64,000 nt of DNA, taken from Fimbriiglobus sp. Its GTDB lineage: Bacteria > Planctomycetota > Planctomycetia > Gemmatales > Gemmataceae. Under the pieces are notes generated by a model. It was not told where the DNA came from. It saw only the letters and a list, made by a program, of their open reading frames with translations, and searched no databases. Both the position numbers and the translations under genes were made by a program. The number at the start of each line of letters is the position of its first letter. The stretch's first letter is position 1. Positions 18,723 through 29,600 of this stretch are shown one piece after another. Where the stretch lies: assembly GCA_043727675.1 (NCBI GenBank), contig JAYSYJ010000281.1, positions 2,665-66,664 of the forward strand. Direction: 5' to 3'.

Positions 18723-20930
18723 ATGACCCGCCTACTGATCGCTCTGGTAATTTACGGCATCATCGCCGCGCCGATCTGGGCTGCCGATGCACCGTCCTAT
18801 TTGAACGAAGTGGTGCCGGTGCTGACGAAAGCGGGTTGCAATTCGGGTGGATGCCATGGGAAAGGCCTTGGGCAGAACGGTTTCAAACTGTCGCTGCGTG
18901 GGTACGATCCGGACACCGACTACCGTGCTCTCACTCGGGAATACGATGGTCGACGAATTGACCCGTCCGATCCGGAGCGGAGCATTTTGATCGCGAAACC
19001 GGCTGGTCTTTCTTCGCACGAAGGGGGCAAACTCTTCGGCACATCGAGCCGGGAATACACCACGTTGCTGGCTTGGTTGAAAGCCGGGGCACCGGGGCCG
19101 AACGCCAAAGACGCAAAGATTGTTAAGCTGGTCGTCACCCCGGCCGACCGGGTGTTGAAGGTCGGCGAGGAAGTCCAATTGACCGCAACCGCGACGTTCC
19201 ACGACGGGAAGTCGCTCGATGTCACCTGGCTCACGAAGTTCGAAACCAACGATGCCAACGTGGCCACTGTCGATGCCAAAGGGTTGGTGAAAGCCAAGCG
19301 GAATGGGGCCACCTCGATTCGGGCCGCGATGTTAACGGAAGTGAGTGTCGCAGTACTCGCCGTGCCGTTCGAGAGACCGGTCGACGACGCCAAGTTTACC
19401 GCGAAGAACAACTTCATCGACGAGGCGACATTCGCCAAATTGAAAGCACTGCGGATCGAACCCTCCGGTTTATCGGACGACGCCGAGTTTCTGCGCCGTG
19501 TCTATTTGGATGCCACGGCCACCCTGCCGAATCCGGGAGTCGTCCGCGCCTTCCTGTTAGACGGCGCCGCCGACAAACGGGCCAAGGTCATTGACCGCCT
19601 TTTGGAGTCGTCCGAATTCATCGACTATTGGACACTGTTCCTTTCGGACTTATTGCAGAACCGCAAAGAACGCGACCACGACGTGCGCGGAGTCAAGGGT
19701 GTGCGCCAGTTCCACGCCTGGCTGCGTGACCAAGTGGCCGCCAACCGCCACTGGGACGACCTCTCCCGGGACGTGCTGACCGCCAAAGGGAATACCACGA
19801 CCTCGCCGCAGATTGGTTACTACATCGTGACGCTCGGGGAGCACCGCGAGAGCGAGAAATCCGAACTCGCGGAGAGCGTCGCCCAAGCCTTCTTGGGAAC
19901 CCGCATCGGTTGTGCCCGCTGCCACAACCACCCGTTGGAACGCTACACTCAAGACGACTTCTACCACTTCTCGGCGTTCTTCACACGGGTGAAATTGGAT
20001 CGCAAGGACTCGAAACAAGGGCCGACGCAGTTGCTGATCGGCCACCACGATGCGAACCAGAACAAGAACCCCGTCGCCGTCCGGCAGCCGCGCACGAACC
20101 AGATGCTCAAGCCGCAGACACTCGACCGTGCCGGGGCCGAAATTGCCCCGACCGACGATCCGCGCACCAAACTCGCGGCGTGGATCACCGACCCGAAGAA
20201 TGAGTCGTTCAGCGGCGCGATGGTCAACCGCATCTGGCGACACTTTCTCGGGGTCGGGCTGGTCGAACCCGTCGACGATCTCCGGGCGACGAATCCACCC
20301 TCGAACCCCGCACTTTGGGCCGCGCTGAACCAAGATTTCGTGGCCAATAAATACGACTTGAAACAACTGATTCGGGCGGTGCTGAACTCGCGGACGTATC
20401 AACTGGCCAGCGCGACCACACCGAATAACGAAACCGATGCCCGCTTTTATTCGCATTACTACGCCCGCCGATTACCGGCCGAGGTGCTGCTCGATTCACT
20501 CAGCTCCGCGACTGGTACGAACGAGAAATTCGATGGCTATCCGGAAGGAGTTCGGGCCATCCAGATCCCCGATCCGCAAGCGCTGTCGCCGTTCCTCAAA
20601 ATGTTCGGCAGTTCCGAACGGACCACCGCCTGCGCCTGCGAGCGCACCGGCGACGTGACCTTGCCCCAATTGCTGAACTTGCAAAATGGCGAGCGATTGC
20701 TGGCGAAGATCAAAGATGCCAACGGTGCGTTGGCGAGCCTGTTGAAGTCCGAAAAGGACGACGCCAAACTCACCGAAGAATTGTTCCTGCGGACGTTGAG
20801 CCGACCGCCCACGACCGATGAGAAAGCTGTGTTCGGCGCCGCGCTGAAAACCGGTGACCCGCGGGACGACGTGTTCCGGGATCTACTCTGGGCGTTGCTC
20901 AACGCCAAGGATTTCGCCTTCAACCATTGA
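18723..20930 (+). CDS. DUF1549/DUF1553 (PSD1-type) protein with an internal Ig-like domain
   Basis: The signal peptide is MTRLLIALVIYGIIAAPIWA. Motifs are GCNSGGCHG and CARCHNHPLERYTQDDFYHFSAFF (DUF1549), and the C-terminus ...LWALLNAKDFAFNH is DUF1553-type. The track start at 18717 is TTG, so I use ATG 18723. Confidence 0.85.
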   Translation: MTRLLIALVIYGIIAAPIWAADAPSYLNEVVPVLTKAGCNSGGCHGKGLGQNGFKLSLRGYDPDTDYRALTREYDGRRIDPSDPERSILIAKPAGLSSHEGGKLFGTSSREYTTLLAWLKAGAPGPNAKDAKIVKLVVTPADRVLKVGEEVQLTATATFHDGKSLDVTWLTKFETNDANVATVDAKGLVKAKRNGATSIRAAMLTEVSVAVLAVPFERPVDDAKFTAKNNFIDEATFAKLKALRIEPSGLSDDAEFLRRVYLDATATLPNPGVVRAFLLDGAADKRAKVIDRLLESSEFIDYWTLFLSDLLQNRKERDHDVRGVKGVRQFHAWLRDQVAANRHWDDLSRDVLTAKGNTTTSPQIGYYIVTLGEHRESEKSELAESVAQAFLGTRIGCARCHNHPLERYTQDDFYHFSAFFTRVKLDRKDSKQGPTQLLIGHHDANQNKNPVAVRQPRTNQMLKPQTLDRAGAEIAPTDDPRTKLAAWITDPKNESFSGAMVNRIWRHFLGVGLVEPVDDLRATNPPSNPALWAALNQDFVANKYDLKQLIRAVLNSRTYQLASATTPNNETDARFYSHYYARRLPAEVLLDSLSSATGTNEKFDGYPEGVRAIQIPDPQALSPFLKMFGSSERTTACACERTGDVTLPQLLNLQNGERLLAKIKDANGALASLLKSEKDDAKLTEELFLRTLSRPPTTDEKAVFGAALKTGDPRDDVFRDLLWALLNAKDFAFNH

Positions 20931-20937
20931 TGGTGTT

Positions 20938-22038
20938 GTGTTGTTGCACCGTCTCCCCTTGTGGGTATGGTTCGTATTCGGCGCACTGAGTGTGGCCGCA
21001 GTGCTGACAATCCATCTTGGCTGGCACCACTGGAACCCCACTGCCTATTTGCAAGTCGGTGCCACCACTCCGGCTCGGATCCCCATCGAACGGGACTTCC
21101 CAGAACTCGCGTTGGAGTCGTCGCTCGGGCACGATGGCAAATACAGCTACTTGTTGGCGCGCCAGCCGGCATTCTGGCGTGCCGACGACCTCACGTTGAC
21201 GGGCCTCCAAGATCCTGGCTACCGCTACGCCCGACCGCTCTATCCTCTGCTGGGCGGGTTGGGTGGCCAGTTATCGCCGTGGGGCACATTGGTGGGGCTC
21301 TTGGTGGTGCAACTATTTGCCGGCGGCCTGTACAGTGTCGCACTGGCCCGCTTCGCCCGTTGGCACCGCCTCCCGAGTGCATTCGTGTTGCTGAACTTGG
21401 CGAATCCGGGCATCTCCAGTTCGGCCTGTTTGCTCACCAGCGACCTGTTGGCGATCGCACTCGCGTTGACGGCCTGGCAGCTGGTGGAACGCGGCCGACT
21501 CCGGTACGGCATCGCACTCTTCGCGCTGGCGTTGCTGGCGAAGGAATACTACGTTCTCCTGCCGTTGGCTCTGGCGGCGGCGTTTGCCGGTCAACGGCGC
21601 TGGCGTGACGCTTTGGCCATCGCCGGACTGCCGCTAGTGCCGATTCTCGCGTGGAAGCTCGCACTCACCGCTGCGGTGGGTCTCGGCCAGGGGCAGAGCA
21701 ACTTCGACCGGCCCTTCGCGGGCATCCTCCAGACCTACTCAGAGTGGCCGGTGGAAAACATCCCGTTCGGCCTCTTCGGATTGGTGATTGTGCTCGGTAC
21801 GCTCGACGCGGTGATGCTACGCCGGTTACGCGCCCGACTGCGCTGGGCCTGCTTGGTTTGGGGCCTCCTCGGCGCCTGCACCTCGCGGTTGGTCTGGGCG
21901 GATCCGCACGATCTCCTCCGGGCCATCGCCCCCGCCTGGTGGTTGACCAGTTGGGCCGGTTTTGCCGCTTCCAGAAGCCGTTGGCAGCCCGCCGAACCGG
22001 TTGCGCGCGCACTCGGTTCCACCGGGGACCGCCTCTGA
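20938..22038 (+). CDS. polytopic integral membrane protein (function unknown)
   Basis: The track ORF 20854..22038 overlaps the preceding gene up to 20930. The likely start is GTG 20938 or TTG 20941. There are at least 8 hydrophobic helices and no catalytic motif I can name. Confidence 0.55.
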   Translation: MLLHRLPLWVWFVFGALSVAAVLTIHLGWHHWNPTAYLQVGATTPARIPIERDFPELALESSLGHDGKYSYLLARQPAFWRADDLTLTGLQDPGYRYARPLYPLLGGLGGQLSPWGTLVGLLVVQLFAGGLYSVALARFARWHRLPSAFVLLNLANPGISSSACLLTSDLLAIALALTAWQLVERGRLRYGIALFALALLAKEYYVLLPLALAAAFAGQRRWRDALAIAGLPLVPILAWKLALTAAVGLGQGQSNFDRPFAGILQTYSEWPVENIPFGLFGLVIVLGTLDAVMLRRLRARLRWACLVWGLLGACTSRLVWADPHDLLRAIAPAWWLTSWAGFAASRSRWQPAEPVARALGSTGDRL

Positions 22039-22065
22039 CAGCTCAGGCCGGCAGCCCTTCTCCGG

Positions 22066-24162
22066 TCATCGGCCTGGCTCTTTTAACAATTCCAACTGGT
22101 GGACCATCGCGTCGCCCAGATCGGCTGTCGCGCCGGACTTGACGATCACCGCGACCCCGCTCGGCAGGCCGGCGCCCACCCCTTTCGGGTGGGCCGTCAC
22201 CCACTTGTAGGGTGCACCGGGAATCAGTGAGGGAAACACCACCGTGCCCTCTTTGTTCTGCGCGAGTTTCTCGTAACGCTTGGGATCGAGCGTGCCCGCC
22301 GGACGGCCGAAATACCAGTTTTGTGGGAAAGCCATTGCCAATGTCTTCGGATCGGACGCGCGAAAACCGAGCACCAAGGCCGTCGAGAACTGGATGGCCG
22401 CGGCGCTATCCGGACCCGTGATCGGACGACTCTTCGGGTCGAGAAAACGCACGCGGGCCGAGCCGCACGGTTCAAGCGTGACCTTCAGCGGCTCGCCGGC
22501 CTGTACCTTCGGGTCGAACCGCACCGTCGTCCCCCACTGATGCACGGGGTCGAAGATGTATAGTTCGGTCGGTGCCGACGGGTCGCACCCCTCGACCGCG
22601 AACCGTCCGTCTTTGATCGGCCGATCCCACTCCTCTTCGCCGTAGTATTGTTGGGAATGGGTCTGCAAGGGCGTGCCGGTGAAGACCACCCCCCGACGTA
22701 CCGCTTCCCCCTTCGGACCGACGACTGTGCCTTGGGCCGTTGCACCTCGGGTCAGCGAAATGTCCAGCGTCAATCCTTTCGCATCGGATTTCGTCTCGAC
22801 CTCCGCGACGCCCTCGACTACGGACCACCACGGCCCGTGTTTGCCGAACAGGATTTCGCCGCACGATGTGATCTGGGATACGTAGGACGTATCCGGCGCT
22901 TTCACCAGGATCACGCCCGATTCACCGGCCGGTACGGGTTGTTCAAAGGTGCCGTCGGCGGCCGAGTACCGGTAGTGGTACTCGTTCGACCAGTACATGC
23001 GGGACGCATCGTCACGGTTCATCGTCTTGGGTTTTTCGCGTCGAAGGATGTGGACGTATCCCGCGCTGGCGACCGGCTTGCCGGTGCCCTTTTCGATGAT
23101 CTTGCCCCGCACAAGGATGCCGACGGGCATGGCCACCGGCAGATCGACCTCCGCTTTGCCCTTCGGTACCTCGACCGGGCCAGCCGACCAATCGGGGCAC
23201 GGCGTGCCCGGCGGTGCGAACGCGTACACGTGGACGCGGGACGCCCACGGACCGCATCGGACGCGGTAGCGGCCCTTTTCGTCTGTCTGCGCCCAGATTG
23301 CGGCGGCGTGTGAATCGGCCGCCACCTCGATGTCCGAAAACGTGACGCCGACCCACGCCTTCGATAGCGCGGCCCCGGTATCCTTTCGACTGACGACACC
23401 GGTGACGTAGATCGGTTCGGAGAGTCGAATCTCGACCGGCTTTTCATCTCCACCGCTCAGCGCGATGATGCCCTCTTGCTGGCGAAGTCCCATCTGTTTG
23501 CCGCGTTCGTACAACGCGAAACGTTCGTCATCGATCCGGATCCAAATCTCGATCGCGTCGGTCGGAATCCCGCGTAACTCGAACGTCCCGTCATTCTCCG
23601 TCCTCGCCGTCAGCGGCCGGAGCTTTTCGCCGGGACGAGGGGAACCGAACCAGTTTATCGTGTACCCGTCCGAGATGAGGCACCGTACCTCGATCGTGAC
23701 TTGGCCGGCAGCTTTTCCGTCGGGGCCGACAACCTTGCCGCTTACCCGCCGCTCGGCGGGCAGCGCAATCTTACCGACATCCAAAACCTTTCCTTCGGGG
23801 TCGATGTCCATGAATTTCGTCCCGTGCCCGGGTGCGATCACGCAAAGCTGGTGTCGGGTGTCGGCCATGGTGCCGGACTTAAAAGAGAACTCACCCTTGC
23901 GATCCGTGATGCCCCGCCCCAGTTCCAGGCTGGGCACTTGGGGGGAGGGACAGGCCTGCCTCTGGAAGCCGAAGGCGAATACGTCTACGCCGGCGAGGAC
24001 TTGCCCGCGAGCGTCCGTGGCTATACCGTTCACCGTTGCCCTCTCCGCGCGATGTCGGTAGTGAGCGACGGCCGGGTGGTCCCCTCCTGCGGGAGGGGAC
24101 TCGTCGGCGAAGGCCGGGGCGCAAACCGCGAAACTCAGAACAAGAACCAACGAAGCACGCAT
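22066..24162 (-). CDS. secreted protein with carboxypeptidase-regulatory-like (CarboxypepD_reg) beta-sandwich repeats
   Basis: The signal peptide is MRASLVLVLSFAVCAPAFA. Repeated G(x)V(x)D..G.P..GV-type segments include GIATDARGQVLAGVDVFAF, SGKVVGPDGKAAGQVTIEV and QGTVVGPKGEAVRRGVVF. Confidence 0.6.
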   Translation of the reverse strand: MRASLVLVLSFAVCAPAFADESPPAGGDHPAVAHYRHRAERATVNGIATDARGQVLAGVDVFAFGFQRQACPSPQVPSLELGRGITDRKGEFSFKSGTMADTRHQLCVIAPGHGTKFMDIDPEGKVLDVGKIALPAERRVSGKVVGPDGKAAGQVTIEVRCLISDGYTINWFGSPRPGEKLRPLTARTENDGTFELRGIPTDAIEIWIRIDDERFALYERGKQMGLRQQEGIIALSGGDEKPVEIRLSEPIYVTGVVSRKDTGAALSKAWVGVTFSDIEVAADSHAAAIWAQTDEKGRYRVRCGPWASRVHVYAFAPPGTPCPDWSAGPVEVPKGKAEVDLPVAMPVGILVRGKIIEKGTGKPVASAGYVHILRREKPKTMNRDDASRMYWSNEYHYRYSAADGTFEQPVPAGESGVILVKAPDTSYVSQITSCGEILFGKHGPWWSVVEGVAEVETKSDAKGLTLDISLTRGATAQGTVVGPKGEAVRRGVVFTGTPLQTHSQQYYGEEEWDRPIKDGRFAVEGCDPSAPTELYIFDPVHQWGTTVRFDPKVQAGEPLKVTLEPCGSARVRFLDPKSRPITGPDSAAAIQFSTALVLGFRASDPKTLAMAFPQNWYFGRPAGTLDPKRYEKLAQNKEGTVVFPSLIPGAPYKWVTAHPKGVGAGLPSGVAVIVKSGATADLGDAMVHQLELLKEPGR

Positions 24163-24542
24163 AGCGACTCCCCAATGAGAATCTGGTTTGGGAACGGCGG
24201 ACCACCGCCAGTCATATGACGTTTGCCGTGATCCTGCATTTCAGTTCAACGGTGATGGAATGGAGATTGGTAACGGAGCCACCTCCGCCGCCGACTGAAC
24301 AAGCTCGAAGGCGTTAAATTGAATGAGGGAGCAGCACTACTCCGATCACCGTCCGATTGATAATCGGTAAATCGTGCTCACTTTTTCGTAGATCGGTCAA
24401 ACCGGATCGGGAATCTGCTTTCTTTCTGCCGGCAAATCATTACGTTATCAAACAAGCTTCTTGATATCGGGTTCACACGCGGCTTGTGGCTGCTCCCTCC
24501 TGCCGAAGCTTTCTGACATTCTGCACCTATGAGACTTTGTCC

Positions 24543-26567
24543 ATGAAATTGAATCGCTCGAAATTGCGCGTCGAAGAGCTGGAACGCCGCGAGAATCCCA
24601 CGGCGACCAACATCGGCACTGGGCTGGGAATCGTCGAGTTCGATGTCGCTGGTTACAAGCTGTTCCAGAACAATGCGAACATTGCGACCACTTCGTCGGC
24701 GTTCGGGTTTCGAGAAGCCAGCATGGCGGCAGCCCAAGCGGTGACCACGGCTTTGGGTGGATCGGTCAACACGACGTTGTTCGACACATTCGACGGGGCT
24801 TTGAGCTGGGGTATCGCCCAATCCAACGGTTCGGTGGCCCCCAGCACCGTCGTGGGCCATGGGCCACTGACGTATGTGGATCGCGATGGCATCGTCGATA
24901 TCGTCGGAACGCCGACCGGGCCGAACCAATACGGGTCTGGAACGATCCTCACCGGAAGTCCGGAAACGACCAGTTTCGAAGGCGATTCGTTCGGTGGACT
25001 GCAACTCTGGCAACAGAATGCGGTCTTCGCGGTCAACAGCGCACCGGTCATCCGCAGTATCTATTATGTCAGCAACCCGACCGGCGCTGCGATCACGTCA
25101 AATCTGGGAGTCTTCAGCAACCTCGGCTCGGATAGTAACACGCGTATTTTCGATACCAGCAGCGGCGATTTCATCTTCACGCCGGGCACCGACACCTATG
25201 TCGGCTCGTTCCAAAATGACTTCGCCAACTCGGATCCCCGGTTGTTGTTCCAATTGCAAGGCCGCTTCGGCACCATCCACCAAGGTCTGGACTCGTCCAG
25301 CTCGTTTGTGGATGGCGACGATCAGCCGCACTTCAACTTCAACACAACGTTGGCCGCTGGCGAAACGAAGGCCTTCATGGTCTTCACGAGTCTGTACGGC
25401 TCCAAACAGATCGCCCTGAACAACAACAACGTCACATTCTCGAACATCGTTCAGTTGCAAGCGAGTGGTCTGCTCGCCGGCCTCGATACCGCAGCCAAAA
25501 CGCAGATTCAAAACTGGGATCTCACCGCACCCGTTGTCGTAGTACCTCCAGTGCCGCCAGTGCCTCCGGTTCCGCCAGTGCCGCCCGTGCCACCGGTACC
25601 TCCTGTGCCGCCAGTCGTACCACCGAATCCCGACATCGTGGTGGGGGCCAGTGGGATTGGCTCGTCGCGTGTGCGTTCGTTCGCCCCGAATGGTGGCGAA
25701 CGGCTCAGCTTCAACGCGTTTGAATCAACCTTCACCGGCGGCATCACCGTCGCCACCGGAGATTTCAACGGCGATGGCTTCCAAGATATCATCGTCGGCG
25801 CCGGCGCCGGTGGCGGCCCACGCGTGAGCGTTTTCGATGGCCTCAGCGGCCGCGAACTGTATAGCTTCTTCGCATTCGAAGCCGGCTTTGTCGGCGGTAT
25901 CTCGGTCGCCACCGGGGACGTTAACGGTGACGGGCAAGCTGACATTGTCGTCGGGACGCTCAATGGTTCGTCGCACGTGAAAGTGTTCGACGGGAAAACT
26001 CGTTCCGAGTTCTCCAGCTTCTTCGCATTCGACGGCTTCAAGGGGGGCGTGAATGTCGCGTCCACCGGGACTTTCGCCGCCGATGTGAACAGTGATGGCT
26101 TTGCGGACATCGTCATCGGAACCCAGTCGGGAAGTTCACATGTCAAGGTGTTCAGCGGACGAGACGGCTCCGTACTGTCGAGCTTCATGGCGTTCGACGC
26201 TGGTTACAAGGGCGGTGTCTCCGTCGCCGCCGGCGACTTGAATGCCGATGGGTACGCCGACATCGTGGTCGGTTCGCTCCGGAACGGCAACCATGTCAGA
26301 GCCTACAGTGGTCGGGATCAATCCGAACTCGCCAGCTTCTTCGCATACGATTCGGAGTTTGCCGGCGGGGGCATTAGCGTGGCTGCATTCAATGCCGATA
26401 GCGACGGTGTCATAGATATTGGTGTCGGTTCGCGTGTCGGTTCGCGCCTCAAGGCATTCCGATTGGCCGGCTTGGTCGAAGTTCAATCATTCTTTGCGTT
26501 CGAAACCGAATACCCAGGTGGTATTTCAGTCGCATCGTCGGTGCGACGCCCTGTTTTCATCCTGTGA
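24543..26567 (+). CDS. FG-GAP/VCBS-repeat secreted protein
   Basis: The start is set at MKLNRSKLRVEELERRENPT, an N-terminus typical of planctomycetal FG-GAP proteins. There are five FG-GAP blades, including GDFNGDGFQDIIVGAG, GDVNGDGQADIVVGT, DVNSDGFADIVIGT and GDLNADGYADIVVGS. Confidence 0.8.
   Translation: MKLNRSKLRVEELERRENPTATNIGTGLGIVEFDVAGYKLFQNNANIATTSSAFGFREASMAAAQAVTTALGGSVNTTLFDTFDGALSWGIAQSNGSVAPSTVVGHGPLTYVDRDGIVDIVGTPTGPNQYGSGTILTGSPETTSFEGDSFGGLQLWQQNAVFAVNSAPVIRSIYYVSNPTGAAITSNLGVFSNLGSDSNTRIFDTSSGDFIFTPGTDTYVGSFQNDFANSDPRLLFQLQGRFGTIHQGLDSSSSFVDGDDQPHFNFNTTLAAGETKAFMVFTSLYGSKQIALNNNNVTFSNIVQLQASGLLAGLDTAAKTQIQNWDLTAPVVVVPPVPPVPPVPPVPPVPPVPPVPPVVPPNPDIVVGASGIGSSRVRSFAPNGGERLSFNAFESTFTGGITVATGDFNGDGFQDIIVGAGAGGGPRVSVFDGLSGRELYSFFAFEAGFVGGISVATGDVNGDGQADIVVGTLNGSSHVKVFDGKTRSEFSSFFAFDGFKGGVNVASTGTFAADVNSDGFADIVIGTQSGSSHVKVFSGRDGSVLSSFMAFDAGYKGGVSVAAGDLNADGYADIVVGSLRNGNHVRAYSGRDQSELASFFAYDSEFAGGGISVAAFNADSDGVIDIGVGSRVGSRLKAFRLAGLVEVQSFFAFETEYPGGISVASSVRRPVFIL
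25545..25616 (+). repeat. in-frame 9-bp tandem repeat x8 encoding (Pro-Pro-Val)8
   Basis: The sequence is cctccagtg ccgccagtg cctccggtt ccgccagtg ccgcccgtg ccaccggta cctcctgtg ccgccagtc. It lies inside the FG-GAP gene and links the N-terminal domain to the FG-GAP propeller. Confidence 0.9.
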
Positions 26568-26689
26568 TTCATCGGAAAATGGACACATCCCCCAGAGGCC
26601 GCACGATTACGTGCGGCCTTTCTTTTTCTTCCGTCGAACTCCTGCGCGTGTCCTAAAGTTGTGGGCGCATCACAAATGGAGTCTGCGGT

Positions 26690-29600
26690 ATGCCTGTTCT
26701 TTCGAATTCCGTGGATGACGAAACTCCACCCACTGGAGCCATGTCAGATACTGGGGGGTTTGCGCAGCAATTGGGGCCGTTGGAAGTGACGCGGGCGTCC
26801 CCGGTGCGACTGCACAGCACCCCGCTCGATTCGTCGGTGCAGGCCCCGACCCCGCCACCACGGGATTTGACCACCACACCCGTTCCCGGATCAGTGCGGG
26901 CCGTCAAACTCCCCCAAGTCCCCGGTTTCGTCCTCTCCGGCGAACTCGGACGCGGCGGCATGGGCGTCGTCTACCGAGCCAAGCAAATCCGACTCAATCG
27001 AGTCGTCGCCCTCAAAATGCTCCTCCACGCCGATACCGCCGACCTCGTCGACATCATCCGCTTCCGCTCCGAAGCCGAAGCCGTCGCCGCCGTCAAACAT
27101 CCCCACGTCGTTCAAGTTCACGAATTCGGCCACGTCGACGGCAAGCCGTACTTCGCCATGGAGTTCCTCGCCGGCGGCACCCTCCACAACCGCATCCGGA
27201 CACTCGGCAAATCCGACCCGCTCCCCGCGGCCCAACTCGTCGAGAAGTTGGCCCGCGCCGTCCAAGCCGCCCACTCCGAAGGGATCGTCCACCGCGACCT
27301 CAAACCCGGCAACATCCTCTTCGACGAACTCGGCGAACCGCGCGTCACCGACTTCGGACTCGCCAAGCGTTTTTCGATGCAACTCACCAACACTCAAGCC
27401 GTCATGGGCACCCCCGCTTACATGTCGCCCGAACAAGCGAGTGGCCGCACCAAATTCGTCGGCCCGCCATCGGATATCTACTCGTTGGGTGTGATCTTAT
27501 ACGAGTGCCTCACCGGCAAACCCCCCTTTGACGGCGCCGATTCCATCACCGTCATTCAGCAAGTGTTGAACGACACGCCCAGTTCGATCCGCTCTCAAGT
27601 TCGCACCGTACCACGCGATCTCGAATTGATCTGCTTGAAGTGTTTGGAAAAAGAACCCGCCGACCGGTATCCCACCGCCGCGGCCCTCGCAGAAGATCTC
27701 AGCTGCTTCCTCGCTGGCCAACCGGTGCAGGTACGACCGGCCGGCCCACTCGAACGAAGCATCAAGTGGGCGCGGCGGCACCCGACGATCGCTTCGGTCT
27801 ATGCCCTGTCCGCCCTCGTGCTCGTCATCACGACGCTCGGGCTCGGGATCATCGGACTCTGGTGGGAGGCAGTCGGCGCCCGCGACGAAGCGGACCGCAA
27901 CTCTCACGTGGCCGAACTGGCGAAAGCCGACGCCGAGGCCCAGCGCGGCGAAGCCGAGGAATCCCGCGATCGACTGACGGGGCAAAATCGGGAAATCTCC
28001 AACGCGCGCAAGAGCGTCGAGGATTCCCTTGTCAGCGAGAAAGTCGCGAATGCCGCAGCACAGACATCGGCCCAAGTGGCCCGCGAAGCGACCGGGAAAG
28101 CCGAGGCCGCCAAACAATCGTTGGAGACGATCTCGTACCTGCGGGACGTCGGGTTCGCCAACCTCGAGTCGCAGCGCGGGAATGTGCTGCGGGCCAGGCA
28201 GCTCCTCGACAACTGCCCCGAAAATCGCCGCGATTGGGAATGGTGGCACGCTTACCGCGTGGCCCACAAGGAGGCGGCGTCCGGCTCGACAAATGCCGTC
28301 GCGACGGATATCGCGTTCTCCGGGAAAAGTGTCGATGTGACCACGGTCGACGAAGGCGGCGTCATCACCCCTTTCGACATGGACGTCGGCCGAGGATTGC
28401 CGAAGTCGATGATTCCAGGCAACGAGGAGCACTTACTCAGCCGGCTTTCCGAGAACGCGAGCCGGTTGCTGACCGTGCGATCCCGGTTTCAGAAAGCTCC
28501 GGACATCGCGACGGTCTGGAATACGAAAACGGGCAAGCCCGTCGGGGTTTTTCCGGCCACGGGACAACTGGCCCGCTCGGCCGCGATCTCGGGCAATGGC
28601 GAGAAGATCCTCATCGGCTACGCCCAGCCCCACCATCTGACGGCTTACGATGTCGCGACGGGAAAGGAACTCGGCACGCTAGAGGGGTTTTGCCCGGCCG
28701 AGCGGACGGGGCTGAATCGTGACGGTACTCGGGCAATCTCGGCGATTGCGCACAAGCGGGATCAGGACTCGGCGTACGACATCGTTGTCTGGGATACCGC
28801 CACCGGCAAAATACTGGCGAAACACACTTCCAAATTAGGCTTCCCGATCGCGATGGCGCTCGATGCGGACGGCACGACCGCAGTCATCGGCTACGACACT
28901 GGCGCGCTCCTGCTGTATGACGTCCGCACGCAAAAGGCTATCGAATCGGAAAAGGCCCACACCGGATCAGTGCTGGCGGTGGCGATCACCCGCGATGGAC
29001 AGCGGGTCGCGAGTTCGGGGGATGACGGCATCGTGCGCATCTGCGAAGCCCAGACGGGAGTACTCGAACAGAACTTCCGCGGTCACACGAGGCGGGTGCT
29101 GAGCGTGAAGTTCGATTCGACCGGTGAGCTCGTCGCGTCGACGGATGTGGCCCAACGTTTCTTCGTCTGGATCATGAAGGGGACCAAGCAGGCCATCGCG
29201 AAGCTCGATCCCCCCGCTGAGATGAAGGGGCAATTCGTCATGGATCAGGCCGGCAAACGGTGTATTTCCTACTCGGAGAGCGGCCACATCCACATCTGGG
29301 AATTGCGGGCGGACAAACACGACCCGATCACTCCGCCGACCGATGCCAAGTTCGCAACTTTCGCCATCGATCCCAAGGGGACGCGGTTCGCCGGGGCCGA
29401 CGACCGCGGCACGATCTACCTTTGGGATCAGATCGCCACGGTAGCCCACGAATTGCCCAAGCTAGAGTCGACGAAACTCGACCGGGAAATCGGGGGGAGC
29501 AGGACGCTCGCCGTCGAAACGCTGGCCTTCAGCGCCGACGGTACACGCTTGCTCGCCACCGACGGCTGGCGGATTTCAGTCTTCGACACTACCACACGGA

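Noticed and set aside
24163-24542. The 380-bp relatively AT-rich spacer with a small palindrome (ccgattgataatcgg, 24353-24367), considered as a possible ncRNA or mobile-element remnant.
   Set aside because: It has no terminal repeats, no conserved RNA-like structure I can recognise and no ORF support. It is simplest to treat it as a divergent promoter region.
25508-26188. Minus-strand ORF containing a (GGT)n tract that encodes GGTGGTGGTGG...
   Set aside because: It is the reverse-complement reading of the (PPV)8 repeat inside the well-supported FG-GAP gene and is not an independent gene.
3700-26567. PEP-CTERM-type cargo for the exosortase among neighbouring secreted proteins.
   Set aside because: None of the C-termini I read ends in a Pro-Glu-Pro-like motif followed by a TM helix and a basic tail. 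Cargo, if any, must be encoded elsewhere.
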